Shown piece after piece: positions 6,867 to 15,164 of a stretch of 15,165 nt of DNA. The DNA comes from a candidate division WOR-3 bacterium (GTDB lineage Bacteria; Hydrothermota; Tepidihabitantia; SM23-42; JAOAFX01). The first letter of the stretch is position 1, and each line of letters starts with the position of its first letter. The notes under the pieces are model-generated. The model worked only from the letters and a program-made list of their open reading frames with translations. It did no database searches and had not been told where the DNA came from. Position numbers and translations under genes: made by a program. The DNA is taken from positions 1-15,165 of the forward strand of contig JBDRWI010000056.1 in NCBI GenBank assembly GCA_039802265.1, in the 5' to 3' direction.

Positions 6867-8294
6867 TTACCTCGCAATCCCCACCTGGACATCCCTGAAT
6901 CTTGCCGGTGCAGTTCCGTGTCCAACATACATCATCTGCCCTGGTTCACCCTTACCACAGTTTGGCACGCCAAACAGGCGCCAGTGCTTCTTACTGGCAA
7001 TGGCATCACACCTGTTCCAGAAATTAGGCGTAATATCAGCATAAGTGGGGTTCTTATAAACTTCGGTTAGTTTTCCATTTTCTATGCGCCTGGCAAACTC
7101 ACAGCCGAACTGAAAGTTCAGTCTCTTATCATCAATTGACCAGGATTTATTGGTCGTCATAAAAATACCGTCCTTGGTATCCGCAATCATATCCTCCAAT
7201 TTCCAATTGCCCGGTTCTAAATTGATATTGGTCATCCGAACCAAAGGGATGCGATTCCATCCGTCGGCGCGCATATTACCACTTGATTTTCCCCCAATCA
7301 CTGATGCGGTCTCCCGGGAACTCTGATACCCAACAAAGATCCCATTTTTAATCAGGTAAACCTTTTGCGCCGGCACCCCTTCATCATCCCAGCCAAATGT
7401 ACCGAGTCCTCCAGGCACTGTAGCATCAGCAACGATATTCACAATCTCCGAACCATAGCGGAAATTGTTTAATTTTTCCGGTGTGAGAAAACTCGTTCCA
7501 GCATACGAGGCCTCGGTTCCCAGGACCCTATCCAGCTCGGTTGGATGACCGCAGGATTCATGGACCTGTAGTACCATCTGGTTGGAATCTAAAATAAGGG
7601 TCGTGCGGCAGGATGGGCAGGGTCGCGCCGCTAAGAGCATTAAAACCTCCTCCACAATTCGATGGGCATTAGCCTTTAATTTCAGTGATTGAATAAACTC
7701 ATAGCCCGCCTGATGATAATCATCATAACTCCGCACCTGCAGTTCATCTTTATCCATAGCGAAGACCTTAATACCACCACCCGAAAATACCATCTCCTGT
7801 TTGATATAGGAACCCTCGGTTGAGGCAAAATTTATTTTCGTTCGGAGAAAGTTTAAAAATGCCTGACGCACCCTTACTCTTGGATCTTTATTCAATATCT
7901 TGTCACATTCTAAAAGTAGTTGAATCTTCTTATCAAGGGAGATGGAAAACGGGTCGATCTTAACAATGGTTTTATATTTTCCCTTCTGGGGGATAAGTTC
8001 GGAAAGAACAACCGGACTCCCCCTGACCCGCGCTGATGCCTTAGCAATTTGAAGTGCAGCCTGCGCAACCCTATCTCCTGCCTCTTTTGTCAGATGATTT
8101 GAAGATGAAAATCCCCAGGCGCCATCTTTCAAGACTCTAACCCCAAAGCCAAGATTGGTGTCATGAACAAGACCTTCAACAATACCGTTTTTTAGGATGA
8201 TGCTCTCCCTTTCCTCCTCAACAATTCTTATATCACCATAATCGACCTTCTTAAAATGCAAATTATCCAATACCTGATTGATAAGTGATTTCAT
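6867..8294 (-). CDS. tldD: TldD/PmbA family metalloprotease, TldD subunit
   Basis: GFGVRV..GAWGFSS, HExxxH in VHESCGHPTELDR, DDEGVP, RMTN, CGKGEPGQ; RBS GGAGG. Confidence 0.92.
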   Translation of the reverse strand: MKSLINQVLDNLHFKKVDYGDIRIVEEERESIILKNGIVEGLVHDTNLGFGVRVLKDGAWGFSSSNHLTKEAGDRVAQAALQIAKASARVRGSPVVLSELIPQKGKYKTIVKIDPFSISLDKKIQLLLECDKILNKDPRVRVRQAFLNFLRTKINFASTEGSYIKQEMVFSGGGIKVFAMDKDELQVRSYDDYHQAGYEFIQSLKLKANAHRIVEEVLMLLAARPCPSCRTTLILDSNQMVLQVHESCGHPTELDRVLGTEASYAGTSFLTPEKLNNFRYGSEIVNIVADATVPGGLGTFGWDDEGVPAQKVYLIKNGIFVGYQSSRETASVIGGKSSGNMRADGWNRIPLVRMTNINLEPGNWKLEDMIADTKDGIFMTTNKSWSIDDKRLNFQFGCEFARRIENGKLTEVYKNPTYADITPNFWNRCDAIASKKHWRLFGVPNCGKGEPGQMMYVGHGTAPARFRDVQVGIAR

Positions 8295-8341
8295 CCCTAC
8301 CTCCCGGCAATGTGCAAATAATTTCAGTCACACTACACCAT

Positions 8342-8369
8342 ACTATAATCAATTTTTTGAAAAGGTCAA
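8342..8369 (-). promoter_or_regulatory. Putative sigma70 promoter for the tldD-TPR-pyrK-pyrD-pyrF-pyrE-MFS operon
   Basis: Minus strand TTGACC (8369-8364), 16 nt, TATAGT (8347-8342), ~50 nt upstream of the tldD ATG. Confidence 0.55.
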
Positions 8370-8457
8370 GGGTTCATTGCCCTATGGAAAAGGCGTAATC
8401 GGCGGTATTCAATTCCTTTCTATTTTCAAAAACCAACTCAGCTTCTTAAAAGGTTCT

Positions 8458-9699
8458 TTAAAACCGAGGAATACGGATGGTAAATTTTGTTCCCTTGTTT
8501 TTCTCTGAACTCACCTCAATATTTCCGTTGTGGAGTTCAACGATTTTCTTTACATAAGCAAGCCCCAGACCGGTTCCCTTCTCTTTCTCTGAATAGAATG
8601 GGGTGAATACCGTTTCCAATTTATCCCCGGCGATTCCTTTTCCGGTATCGGCGACCGAGATATACACATTATCCTTCTCCTGACAGGTATTAATTGAAAT
8701 CTTACCTCCTTCCCTCATTGCCTCCACGCCATTTTCTATTAGGTTTATCAATCCGTAAAGGAGCAGTTCGTAATCACCAGTGAAGAAAATCTGGGGTTGA
8801 AGATTTTTTACGACGCTGATATTTTCTGGAATTCTAACCCGGTTCAGGGCATCTTCAATGAGGGTGTTCAAATCAATCTCTACTCGGTTCAATTTCAAGG
8901 GACGGGCATACTCCAAGAGATTGGTAATTATTTTGTTTATTGTATTACACTCTTTAATTATCTCTTCACCTGATTTCTTTCCCTTTTCTACAAGCCGGGC
9001 AAGCCCCATAATCGTTGCCAGGGAATTTCTAAATTCATGGGCAACATAAGCCGAAAATTCAATGAGTTCTTTCTCTTTTGTCTTGATTCTTTTAAATATC
9101 TCATTGAAAGTCTCAGAGACAAAATCCTCTTTTTTTATCTCTATCCCATAGCGCTGGGCAACCCCGGCGACATACCGCATTGGCAGAAAGAGATTGTGAA
9201 TCAAAAAAAAACCTAAAAATGATATAAATATCAAAGAGACTGTGATATAGAATATATGCCACTGAAACACCCGGTTGATTGCTGTATATGTGGAACTAAC
9301 TTTGGTATATAAAAAAAATGCCGGTTCGGGATTGTAGTATAAGACATCATCCTTTGAATATCGCAATTCACCGGCTTTGGGTAAATTCTTGAATAATTTC
9401 AGATAATCAAACGACCCAAAATGAGGAAACTTTCTGGATGTGCCATCATAAATCTTATTACCCGCTGTATCATAAACTACTAAATGACTCAGGTCAAAGG
9501 AACTTTCTAAGTTTTTCAAAAAAAATTGGGGATCTTCAAGACTCAAATAATGGGCCACGAGTCGGGCAAGGGAGGTAATTCTTGAAACCTCAAGGTCTTG
9601 ATATTGATTGTGGAGTTGAATGCTTATATAGAGATTAACAAGGGCAAGAAATAATATGAGAAAGATAAAAACAGCCGAGATGACCGCGATATGTCTCAT
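8458..9699 (-). CDS. Membrane sensor histidine kinase
   Basis: Two TM segments, H-box AHEFRNSL, N-box NLIENGVEA, G1 DTGKGI, F-box VFTPFYS, G2 GTGLGL. Confidence 0.93.
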   Translation of the reverse strand: MRHIAVISAVFIFLILFLALVNLYISIQLHNQYQDLEVSRITSLARLVAHYLSLEDPQFFLKNLESSFDLSHLVVYDTAGNKIYDGTSRKFPHFGSFDYLKLFKNLPKAGELRYSKDDVLYYNPEPAFFLYTKVSSTYTAINRVFQWHIFYITVSLIFISFLGFFLIHNLFLPMRYVAGVAQRYGIEIKKEDFVSETFNEIFKRIKTKEKELIEFSAYVAHEFRNSLATIMGLARLVEKGKKSGEEIIKECNTINKIITNLLEYARPLKLNRVEIDLNTLIEDALNRVRIPENISVVKNLQPQIFFTGDYELLLYGLINLIENGVEAMREGGKISINTCQEKDNVYISVADTGKGIAGDKLETVFTPFYSEKEKGTGLGLAYVKKIVELHNGNIEVSSEKNKGTKFTIRIPRF

Positions 9700-9708
9700 G
9701 GATATCCA

Positions 9709-11364
9709 TTATCGGATTATTGTCATCTTTCCTTTTCTTCTTTCAATGTGGTCACCCTGAATTTCAATGATATATAGGTACATTCCACTTACTACATCCT
9801 GATTCTTTTCGTTCTTTAAATTCCAGAATGCAGTGCGCCGCCAGCGGTCAATTTCACTTGGGTCGTCAAGGACGCGCACCCGCTCACCAGCAATATTGAA
9901 GATCGTTACCTTAAATTCCGGAAATTGACTGCCCAGTTCGGTGGTATCGGATGGAGTGTAAGTGATTGCAACCGCATTACCCCAGGACGGAGGACGATTT
10001 ATCTTAAATGGATTGGGTAGCGCCTTTATTGTTCCTAAAAATACCGGGCTGATCCAGAAGGAGGCGGTCATTACTGAATCAGCTTTGCCGATATTATAGA
10101 CGGTCACCCCACTTGCTGAATCGCCATAAAACCTGCTTGAAGGAACTGAACCATCATAAAAGCCTATTGAATCATCTTTCCACAGGTCACTGGCACTACC
10201 CCAATTACTTAAGAGATAATCTTTGTCGCCATCGGCCTGCATAATGCCCACCAGTGGATGATTTTCATTGCTGTTATCTTCTTGGGAGTCATCAATATGC
10301 AAAATCAATAGACCATCACCAGGCAGGGAGCGGTCAAAGCCGGTCCGGTATCTATTTTCTATTAAAAAGTACTCACCCTTCCCACCGGACCAGTTCCAGT
10401 CCGGTCCACCGGGGTCTTCACCCATCCTTATTACATAGGGATTTCCTGCCGAACAAGGAATCTGCTGGTTATCCAATCTACTCACCTCGCTCCGGCTTAC
10501 GCCGGTTGGATTAAGCCAGCCCAGTTGATACTTGCACCAGGCAGAGAAATGACAAGGCGTATTCCCAGGTAAATCAGAAGAACCTGCCTGTCCCCAGGAG
10601 CCTGCCGACATTATACAAAATGATCCAATTCCGTATGTTGAATAGTCAATGTCATATAAATCAGGTAGTCCAAGGACATGACCGAATTCGTGACAGAAGA
10701 CACCACAGGTAATGGGTGCGGTTGCAACGACTTCAAATCTTTCCGGTTCCATTGAGTAGTAATCAACCTTCACACCATCCTGGGTCTGATAAGGACCTGG
10801 ACAACTCGTTCCGGTATTTGAAAGTTGCCACTGGTGGGACCAGATGTCGTGGATATCTCCGGTCTCTTCGGCACCGGGTCCAGCATGAACGATAAAGATT
10901 CCATCTACTATTCCATCGCCATCTCCATCATATTGGGAAAAATCAACATAGGGGTCTGCAAGGGCACAGGCATCTTCCACGAGTTTCTGGACATTGTTGG
11001 GATAATCACTATAGAATCCAAAAGAGTCACCAACATAATAAGAGTAAAGTTGCGGTGCCAGAAACCAGCCTTCAATATTGCTCTCTTTGCTGATTGTAAA
11101 TTTCCCATAGGATACTTCACTGTAGTATTTCCTCATTGAATTTATACTCTCGCCATAAATGAGTGAGTCAAATTTAGATGCATCGTATTGATGGGGATTG
11201 TCACTGAAATCAATCAGCAATACTATCGCCTTTCTTTCTCCGATTGTGGGTTCAATCCGACCCGGGCCTCTATTCATCAATGCTGGAAATTTGGGTGGTT
11301 TAATGACTGCCCGGCCATAGGGGTAGGGAGGCATTGCAAGAAGAATGAGGGCTATTAATATCAT
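9709..11364 (-). CDS. M6 family (immune inhibitor A-like) metalloprotease with C-terminal T9SS-CTD/FlgD-Ig-like domain
   Basis: Short signal peptide, YYSEVSYG, VHAGPG, WSH, HEFGHVLGLPDLYD, EYFLIENR; C-terminus PNPF...IFNIAGERVR...W...SGMYLY...KMTIIR. Confidence 0.9.
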   Translation of the reverse strand: MILIALILLAMPPYPYGRAVIKPPKFPALMNRGPGRIEPTIGERKAIVLLIDFSDNPHQYDASKFDSLIYGESINSMRKYYSEVSYGKFTISKESNIEGWFLAPQLYSYYVGDSFGFYSDYPNNVQKLVEDACALADPYVDFSQYDGDGDGIVDGIFIVHAGPGAEETGDIHDIWSHQWQLSNTGTSCPGPYQTQDGVKVDYYSMEPERFEVVATAPITCGVFCHEFGHVLGLPDLYDIDYSTYGIGSFCIMSAGSWGQAGSSDLPGNTPCHFSAWCKYQLGWLNPTGVSRSEVSRLDNQQIPCSAGNPYVIRMGEDPGGPDWNWSGGKGEYFLIENRYRTGFDRSLPGDGLLILHIDDSQEDNSNENHPLVGIMQADGDKDYLLSNWGSASDLWKDDSIGFYDGSVPSSRFYGDSASGVTVYNIGKADSVMTASFWISPVFLGTIKALPNPFKINRPPSWGNAVAITYTPSDTTELGSQFPEFKVTIFNIAGERVRVLDDPSEIDRWRRTAFWNLKNEKNQDVVSGMYLYIIEIQGDHIERRKGKMTIIR

Positions 11365-11408
11365 TTTGTTATCCTTTTAAGATAAGGGATTTATTGTGCC
11401 AAATTCAT

Positions 11409-11924
11409 TCACTTCTCCACCTGAATTGGTGTGTAGGAAGGGATGCAATTTATCGCTTCTCCCCGCTGGAGGTCATAACCTTCCACAGAAAATTTTATGG
11501 TGCCATTACCAAAGAAGTCATCTTTGGCACCGGTTTCGTCATCAAGTTTATCAGCAATGCCTTCATTCACATTCACTACAACTGAATATGAATATTCCTT
11601 TCCCCCATCTATCTCAATCGCCGGTACATAATGCTCTGAATAGGAAGCAACCTCATCTCCGTTTTCATCATAAAACTCTAACTTCAATTTTGAAATAGCC
11701 ACATCCTTCTTCGCCTTCTCCTTTAAGGTGATTGTCATTTCTTGAGATGCCTCACCGCCCTCCCACTGGTGCCAGCCATTACCATCCGGGTCAGGGACAT
11801 GAAATGTAACCGTAGTCGTATCCGACTTGACCTCAATCACACCTACATCCGGATACCAGCCAACCGGCTCTTTGACACAAGCAATAATTATAAGCAATGC
11901 CACAAGGCTTAAATATTTCTTCAT
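11409..11924 (-). CDS. Hypothetical lipoprotein, acidic and probably beta-rich
   Basis: MKK + hydrophobic stretch + lipobox IIAC; RBS AAGGAGG; ATGA overlap with the HAD gene stop. Confidence 0.8.
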   Translation of the reverse strand: MKKYLSLVALLIIIACVKEPVGWYPDVGVIEVKSDTTTVTFHVPDPDGNGWHQWEGGEASQEMTITLKEKAKKDVAISKLKLEFYDENGDEVASYSEHYVPAIEIDGGKEYSYSVVVNVNEGIADKLDDETGAKDDFFGNGTIKFSVEGYDLQRGEAINCIPSYTPIQVEK

Positions 11925-12610
11925 AAAGCCTCCTTGCCTATTTTACACAAATCATCTGAAAAGTCAATGGTCAAAAGGTCTAATGGTGCTTTTAAAAGTC
12001 TTCTTGCCCCGGCATTGATTAATTCCCCAGCAGTTCGGAAACCCCATAGGGCACCGACTGGATACATACCCGCGGAAATCGCGGTCTTCATATCTATCTC
12101 TGAGTCACCGAGATAAACAGTCTCTTCAGGTTGAACTTTTAAGACCTCAGCAATATATAGTGCACCATCAGGCGCAGGCTTTCTTGCCAAACCCGCCTTT
12201 TCACCCAGCACAATAGAAAATTGAACATCAGGAAATAATCTGTGAATGAAGAGTTTGGTGAACTCATCTGGTTTATTAGAATGCACTGCCATCTTTATTC
12301 CCATTTTTTGTAAATCATCAAGCAATTCAGGAATACCCGGGTAAGGTCTTGTGTTATTAAACCATCGCCTTTCGTATTCAATTTTCATCAATTCCACACA
12401 CCTGGTAATTAGTTCGGAAGTCTTATGTCCAGGGGGTATGACCTTTTCACATAATGCCTTCATTCCCTCGCCGACAAAATAGTAGTAATCTTCAGTCCGG
12501 TGTGGGGAAAAACCGAGTTTTAAAAGCACCGCATTCATTGAGTCCGCAATATCCTTGATTGTATCAAGGAGGGTGCCGTCTAAATCGAAGATAACTGCTT
12601 TAAATTTCAT
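11921..12610 (-). CDS. HAD-superfamily hydrolase (phosphoglycolate phosphatase-like)
   Basis: FDLDGTLLDT, SNK, KPAP, GDSEIDM, WGFR motifs. Confidence 0.92.
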   Translation of the reverse strand: MKFKAVIFDLDGTLLDTIKDIADSMNAVLLKLGFSPHRTEDYYYFVGEGMKALCEKVIPPGHKTSELITRCVELMKIEYERRWFNNTRPYPGIPELLDDLQKMGIKMAVHSNKPDEFTKLFIHRLFPDVQFSIVLGEKAGLARKPAPDGALYIAEVLKVQPEETVYLGDSEIDMKTAISAGMYPVGALWGFRTAGELINAGARRLLKAPLDLLTIDFSDDLCKIGKEAL

Positions 12611-12617
12611 CAATTTT

Positions 12618-12647
12618 ATATTAAAAAGAATTTTTAGGGCAAGGCAA
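12618..12647 (-). promoter_or_regulatory. Candidate leaderless promoter for the HAD gene
   Basis: TTGCCT (12647-12642), 18 nt, TAATAT (12623-12618), 7 nt, ATG12610; no SD. Confidence 0.35.
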
Positions 12648-12662
12648 AAGCCTTGCCCTAAA
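12633..12662 (-). terminator. Hairpin downstream of asnA (probable terminator), related to the GTAG REP
   Basis: Perfect 13-bp stem TTTAGGGCAAGGC-AAAA-GCCTTGCCCTAAA, ~35 nt after the asnA stop; followed by AATTCTTTTT on the minus strand. Confidence 0.65.
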
Positions 12663-12696
12663 TCTCTGGATTATGGCTAAGCCACCACTCTATTAA

Positions 12697-13863
12697 CTAC
12701 TCAAGGACAAATATGTTTCTCTTCTCACAGATTTCCTTTAATTCCTTGGGCCAGACCGTAACACTCACCTCGCCAAGATGGGCAGTCCTTAAGATATACA
12801 TATATGTCCTTGATTGACCGATGCCGCCACCGATGCTCAAGGGAATCTTATCATTCAAGATTGCCTGGTGATAGGGAAGTTTAAGGAAGTGGAGTTGCCC
12901 GGTGATCTCAAGTTGCTTTTTAAGGGTCTCTTTTGTGACCCGAATGCCCATTGATGTCAATTCGTGTCGCCTTCTGGTAACCGGATTCCAGACCAGGATA
13001 TCACCGTTCAAGCCATGCATCGGTCTGCCATCCTCAGATACCGTCTCGGTAACCCAGTCATCGTAATCTGCTGCCCTCATCTCATGGGGGTAACCGTCCT
13101 TCAATGTCCAGCCGATACCAATGATAAATATTGCGGGATATTTTTGTAAGACCATGGTCTCACGCTGTTTTCGGGGCAGGTCCGGGTACATATCAAGGAT
13201 ATCCTCCGCGTGGAGAAAGGTCAATTCTTCAGGAAAGTCCGGATATTTAGGGTCTTTCAGCTGGGGCCAGTTTTCCTGGGCAAACTTTGCGGCACCGTAT
13301 ATGACCTTCCAGATCTTTCTTACCGTATCTTTCAAATAATCTAAATTCCTCTGCTCTGGGGTTATGACCTTTTCCCAGTCCCACTGGTCAACATAACATG
13401 AATGGTCATGGTCCAAAAAATAGTCCTTGCGCACCGCCCTCATATCGGTACAGATTCCTTCACCGGGTTTGCAACCAAATTGGGCCAGTGCCATTCTCTT
13501 CCACTTCGTTGCTGCCTGGACAATCTGTGCCTCAATCGGTTTCTTTAGTCCAAGTCCACACTTAAATTCAATCGGGGTCCTTGAACCATCACGATCGAGA
13601 TAATCATTAACACCACTTTCTTTTGTTACAATTAACGGAACCTGCACCATCGTCAGGTTCAACTCCTTGCATAAATTCTTTTCAATATATTCCTTAACCG
13701 CAAAGAGTGCCCTCATTCTCTCTAAGGGAGGCAAAAGTGGCTTATAATCGTTGGGCAGTATCTTCTCAACCTCTTCGTAGGTACTCACCCCGGGTCCGGC
13801 AAGATCTGCCTCTTTACCGGTTTTTTTTGTAATTTTAATTCTTCGCTTAGCCTTTCTTGCCAT
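12697..13863 (-). CDS. asnA: Aspartate--ammonia ligase (asparagine synthetase A)
   Basis: KWKR, YVDQWDWEK, RAADYDDW, GLNGDI, ELTSMGIRV, SIGGGIGQSR; RBS AAGGAGG. Confidence 0.95.
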   Translation of the reverse strand: MARKAKRRIKITKKTGKEADLAGPGVSTYEEVEKILPNDYKPLLPPLERMRALFAVKEYIEKNLCKELNLTMVQVPLIVTKESGVNDYLDRDGSRTPIEFKCGLGLKKPIEAQIVQAATKWKRMALAQFGCKPGEGICTDMRAVRKDYFLDHDHSCYVDQWDWEKVITPEQRNLDYLKDTVRKIWKVIYGAAKFAQENWPQLKDPKYPDFPEELTFLHAEDILDMYPDLPRKQRETMVLQKYPAIFIIGIGWTLKDGYPHEMRAADYDDWVTETVSEDGRPMHGLNGDILVWNPVTRRRHELTSMGIRVTKETLKKQLEITGQLHFLKLPYHQAILNDKIPLSIGGGIGQSRTYMYILRTAHLGEVSVTVWPKELKEICEKRNIFVLE

Positions 13864-13964
13864 TATTATCCTCCTTTCTCGTCTTTAAACCACCCTATCT
13901 TCTCTTTGTTACATAGAAAAATTTAAAACACAGTAAGGAAAAAACCCTTCATCCGAAATTCCTT

Positions 13965-14048
13965 TGAGATTCTTCGCTTCGTTCAGAATGACAATTGAAC
14001 CGTTGTCATTCTGGGTCCGCTATGTTGCGTGGCGAATGAAGAATCTCA
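13965..14048. repeat. TGTCATTCTG-type palindromic doublet, copy 2 (opposite arrangement to copy 1)
   Basis: TGAGATTCTTC (13965-13975)/GAAGAATCTCA (14038-14048) and CAGAATGACAA (13984-13994)/TTGTCATTCTG (14003-14013). Confidence 0.85.
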
Positions 14049-14100
14049 GCGTTAGCTTTTAAGTATAAGGACCCTTTCAAATTCCTATGTAAGAACATCA

Positions 14101-14125
14101 TCAGGGGTTTCACCCCTGAAACCCC
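14101..14125. repeat. Short palindrome with two alternative stems
   Basis: TCAGGGGT-TTC-ACCCCTGA (14101-14119) or GGGGTTTCA-CCCC-TGAAACCCC (14104-14125). Confidence 0.7.
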
Positions 14126-14126
14126 A

Positions 14127-14177
14127 ACCCTCACCCCTTCCCTCTCCCTTAAAAAGGGAGAGGATGAAGGTGAGGGT
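14127..14177. repeat. CCCTCACC...CCTCTCCC/GGGAGAGG...GGTGAGGG palindromic element, copy 2
   Basis: ACCCTCACC (14127-14135)/GGTGAGGGT (14169-14177); core CCTCTCCCTT-AAA-AAGGGAGAGG (14141-14163). Confidence 0.85.
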
Positions 14178-14211
14178 CCCTTGAAATTTTCCAAATTCCT
14201 AATACAATTAA

Positions 14212-14241
14212 ATATTAAATCCAAAAAAAACAAAAAGTCAA
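14212..14241 (-). promoter_or_regulatory. Putative sigma70 promoter facing asnA
   Basis: Minus strand TTGACT (14241-14236), 18 nt, TAATAT (14217-14212). Confidence 0.45.
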
Positions 14242-14249
14242 CCCTCAAA

Positions 14250-14702
14250 TTATCGGGATTTCTTTTTTAATCTATTGAATTTAATACCCGACTCCTTAAG
14301 CATCTGGACTGCCAGTTTATCTGGATATGCCTCCTTAAATATTATCTTTTTTATCTTTGCATTGATCAACATCTTTGTGCAGATAAAACAGGGTTGATGG
14401 GTAGTATAGATTATCGCACCTTCAATATTGACACCGAAGTTTGCTGCCTGGATTATCGCATTCTGTTCAGCATGTACACCCCGGCATAGTTCGTGCCTCT
14501 CACCCGAGGCAATGCCCATCTTGCCCCTTATGCATCCAACCTCTTCACAATGCGCAATACCGCTCGGTGCACCATTATAACCAGTCGCAAGGATTCTTTT
14601 GTCTTTTACAATCACCGCCCCCACCTGCCGGCGTAAACAGGTAGAGCGTTTGGCGACAAGTTCGGCAATCGCCATAAAATATTCATCCCAGGATTGCCTC
14701 AT
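14250..14702 (-). CDS. dCMP deaminase family protein (ComEB-like)
   Basis: [32 protein letters not shown] zinc motifs. Start set at ATG14702 (MRQSWDEYF); TTG14747 is an alternative. Confidence 0.92.
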   Translation of the reverse strand: MRQSWDEYFMAIAELVAKRSTCLRRQVGAVIVKDKRILATGYNGAPSGIAHCEEVGCIRGKMGIASGERHELCRGVHAEQNAIIQAANFGVNIEGAIIYTTHQPCFICTKMLINAKIKKIIFKEAYPDKLAVQMLKESGIKFNRLKKKSR

Positions 14703-14801
14703 AGCATCTCGTCCATCATCATACGGTTTCGCAGCCCGTTTCGTCAATCGGTTTCGTTTCAGGACAGTTGAAAATTTGAATAGGTGGATTCCGGTACATT
14801 A

Positions 14802-15164
14802 TCACACCTCAGCCTTTATCCGCGCTATTGAGACTACCTTGTCCCCTTTTTCCAGTGTTATTATCTTCACCCCCTTGGCTGCCCTGCCCATCACCCTGAT
14901 TTCCTTTACGGGAGTCCTTATACCTTTACCACTCATCGTCATTGCCAAAAGGTCGTCTTCATCATTCACATTTACTACACCCGCAACCTTACCGGTCTTT
15001 TCATCTATCGTCATTGACCGGACACCCTTGCCACCCCTACCCTTCTCATTTATATCCTCAAACCTAATCCGCTTACCCAGGCCATTCTCACCAATGATTA
15101 GCATATCCTCTTCTTTACGGGCAATATTGAAGCCAACGACCTCATTGCCTTTTTCCAGACGGAT
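14802..15164 (-). CDS. gyrA: DNA gyrase / topoisomerase IV subunit A, C-terminal beta-pinwheel (partial, runs off the window)
   Basis: Blade repeats GLGKR, GRGGKGV, GKGIR, MGRAAKGVKII. The frame stays open upstream of 15104 (IRLEKGNEVVGFNIARKEED). parC cannot be excluded. Confidence 0.8.
   Translation of the reverse strand: MRLEKGNEVVGFNIARKEEDMLIIGENGLGKRIRFEDINEKGRGGKGVRSMTIDEKTGKVAGVVNVNDEDDLLAMTMSGKGIRTPVKEIRVMGRAAKGVKIITLEKGDKVVSIARIKAEV

Noticed and set aside
6845..6928. Extended N-terminus of the TPR ORF given in the ORF track
   Set aside because: It overlaps the conserved tldD C-terminus by 62 nt; ATG6844 with an SD-like sequence is more plausible.
8354..8432. 10-bp inverted repeat TTTTTGAAAA/TTTTCAAAAA upstream of tldD
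   Set aside because: Low-complexity AT-rich sequence with a long spacer; likely chance.
13880..13960. T-box riboswitch upstream of asnA (GGGTGG seen on the minus strand)
   Set aside because: It reads GGGTGGTTT rather than GGTGGNACC, with no terminator/antiterminator or specifier stem visible.
14006..14248. 80-aa minus-strand ORF
   Set aside because: It is a translation of palindromic repeats (PSPSSSP...REREGVRV) and the promoter region; not protein-like.
1591..14644. Numerous short + strand and nested ORFs in the ORF track
   Set aside because: They are antisense or alternative-frame shadows of well-supported genes, with no motifs or RBS.
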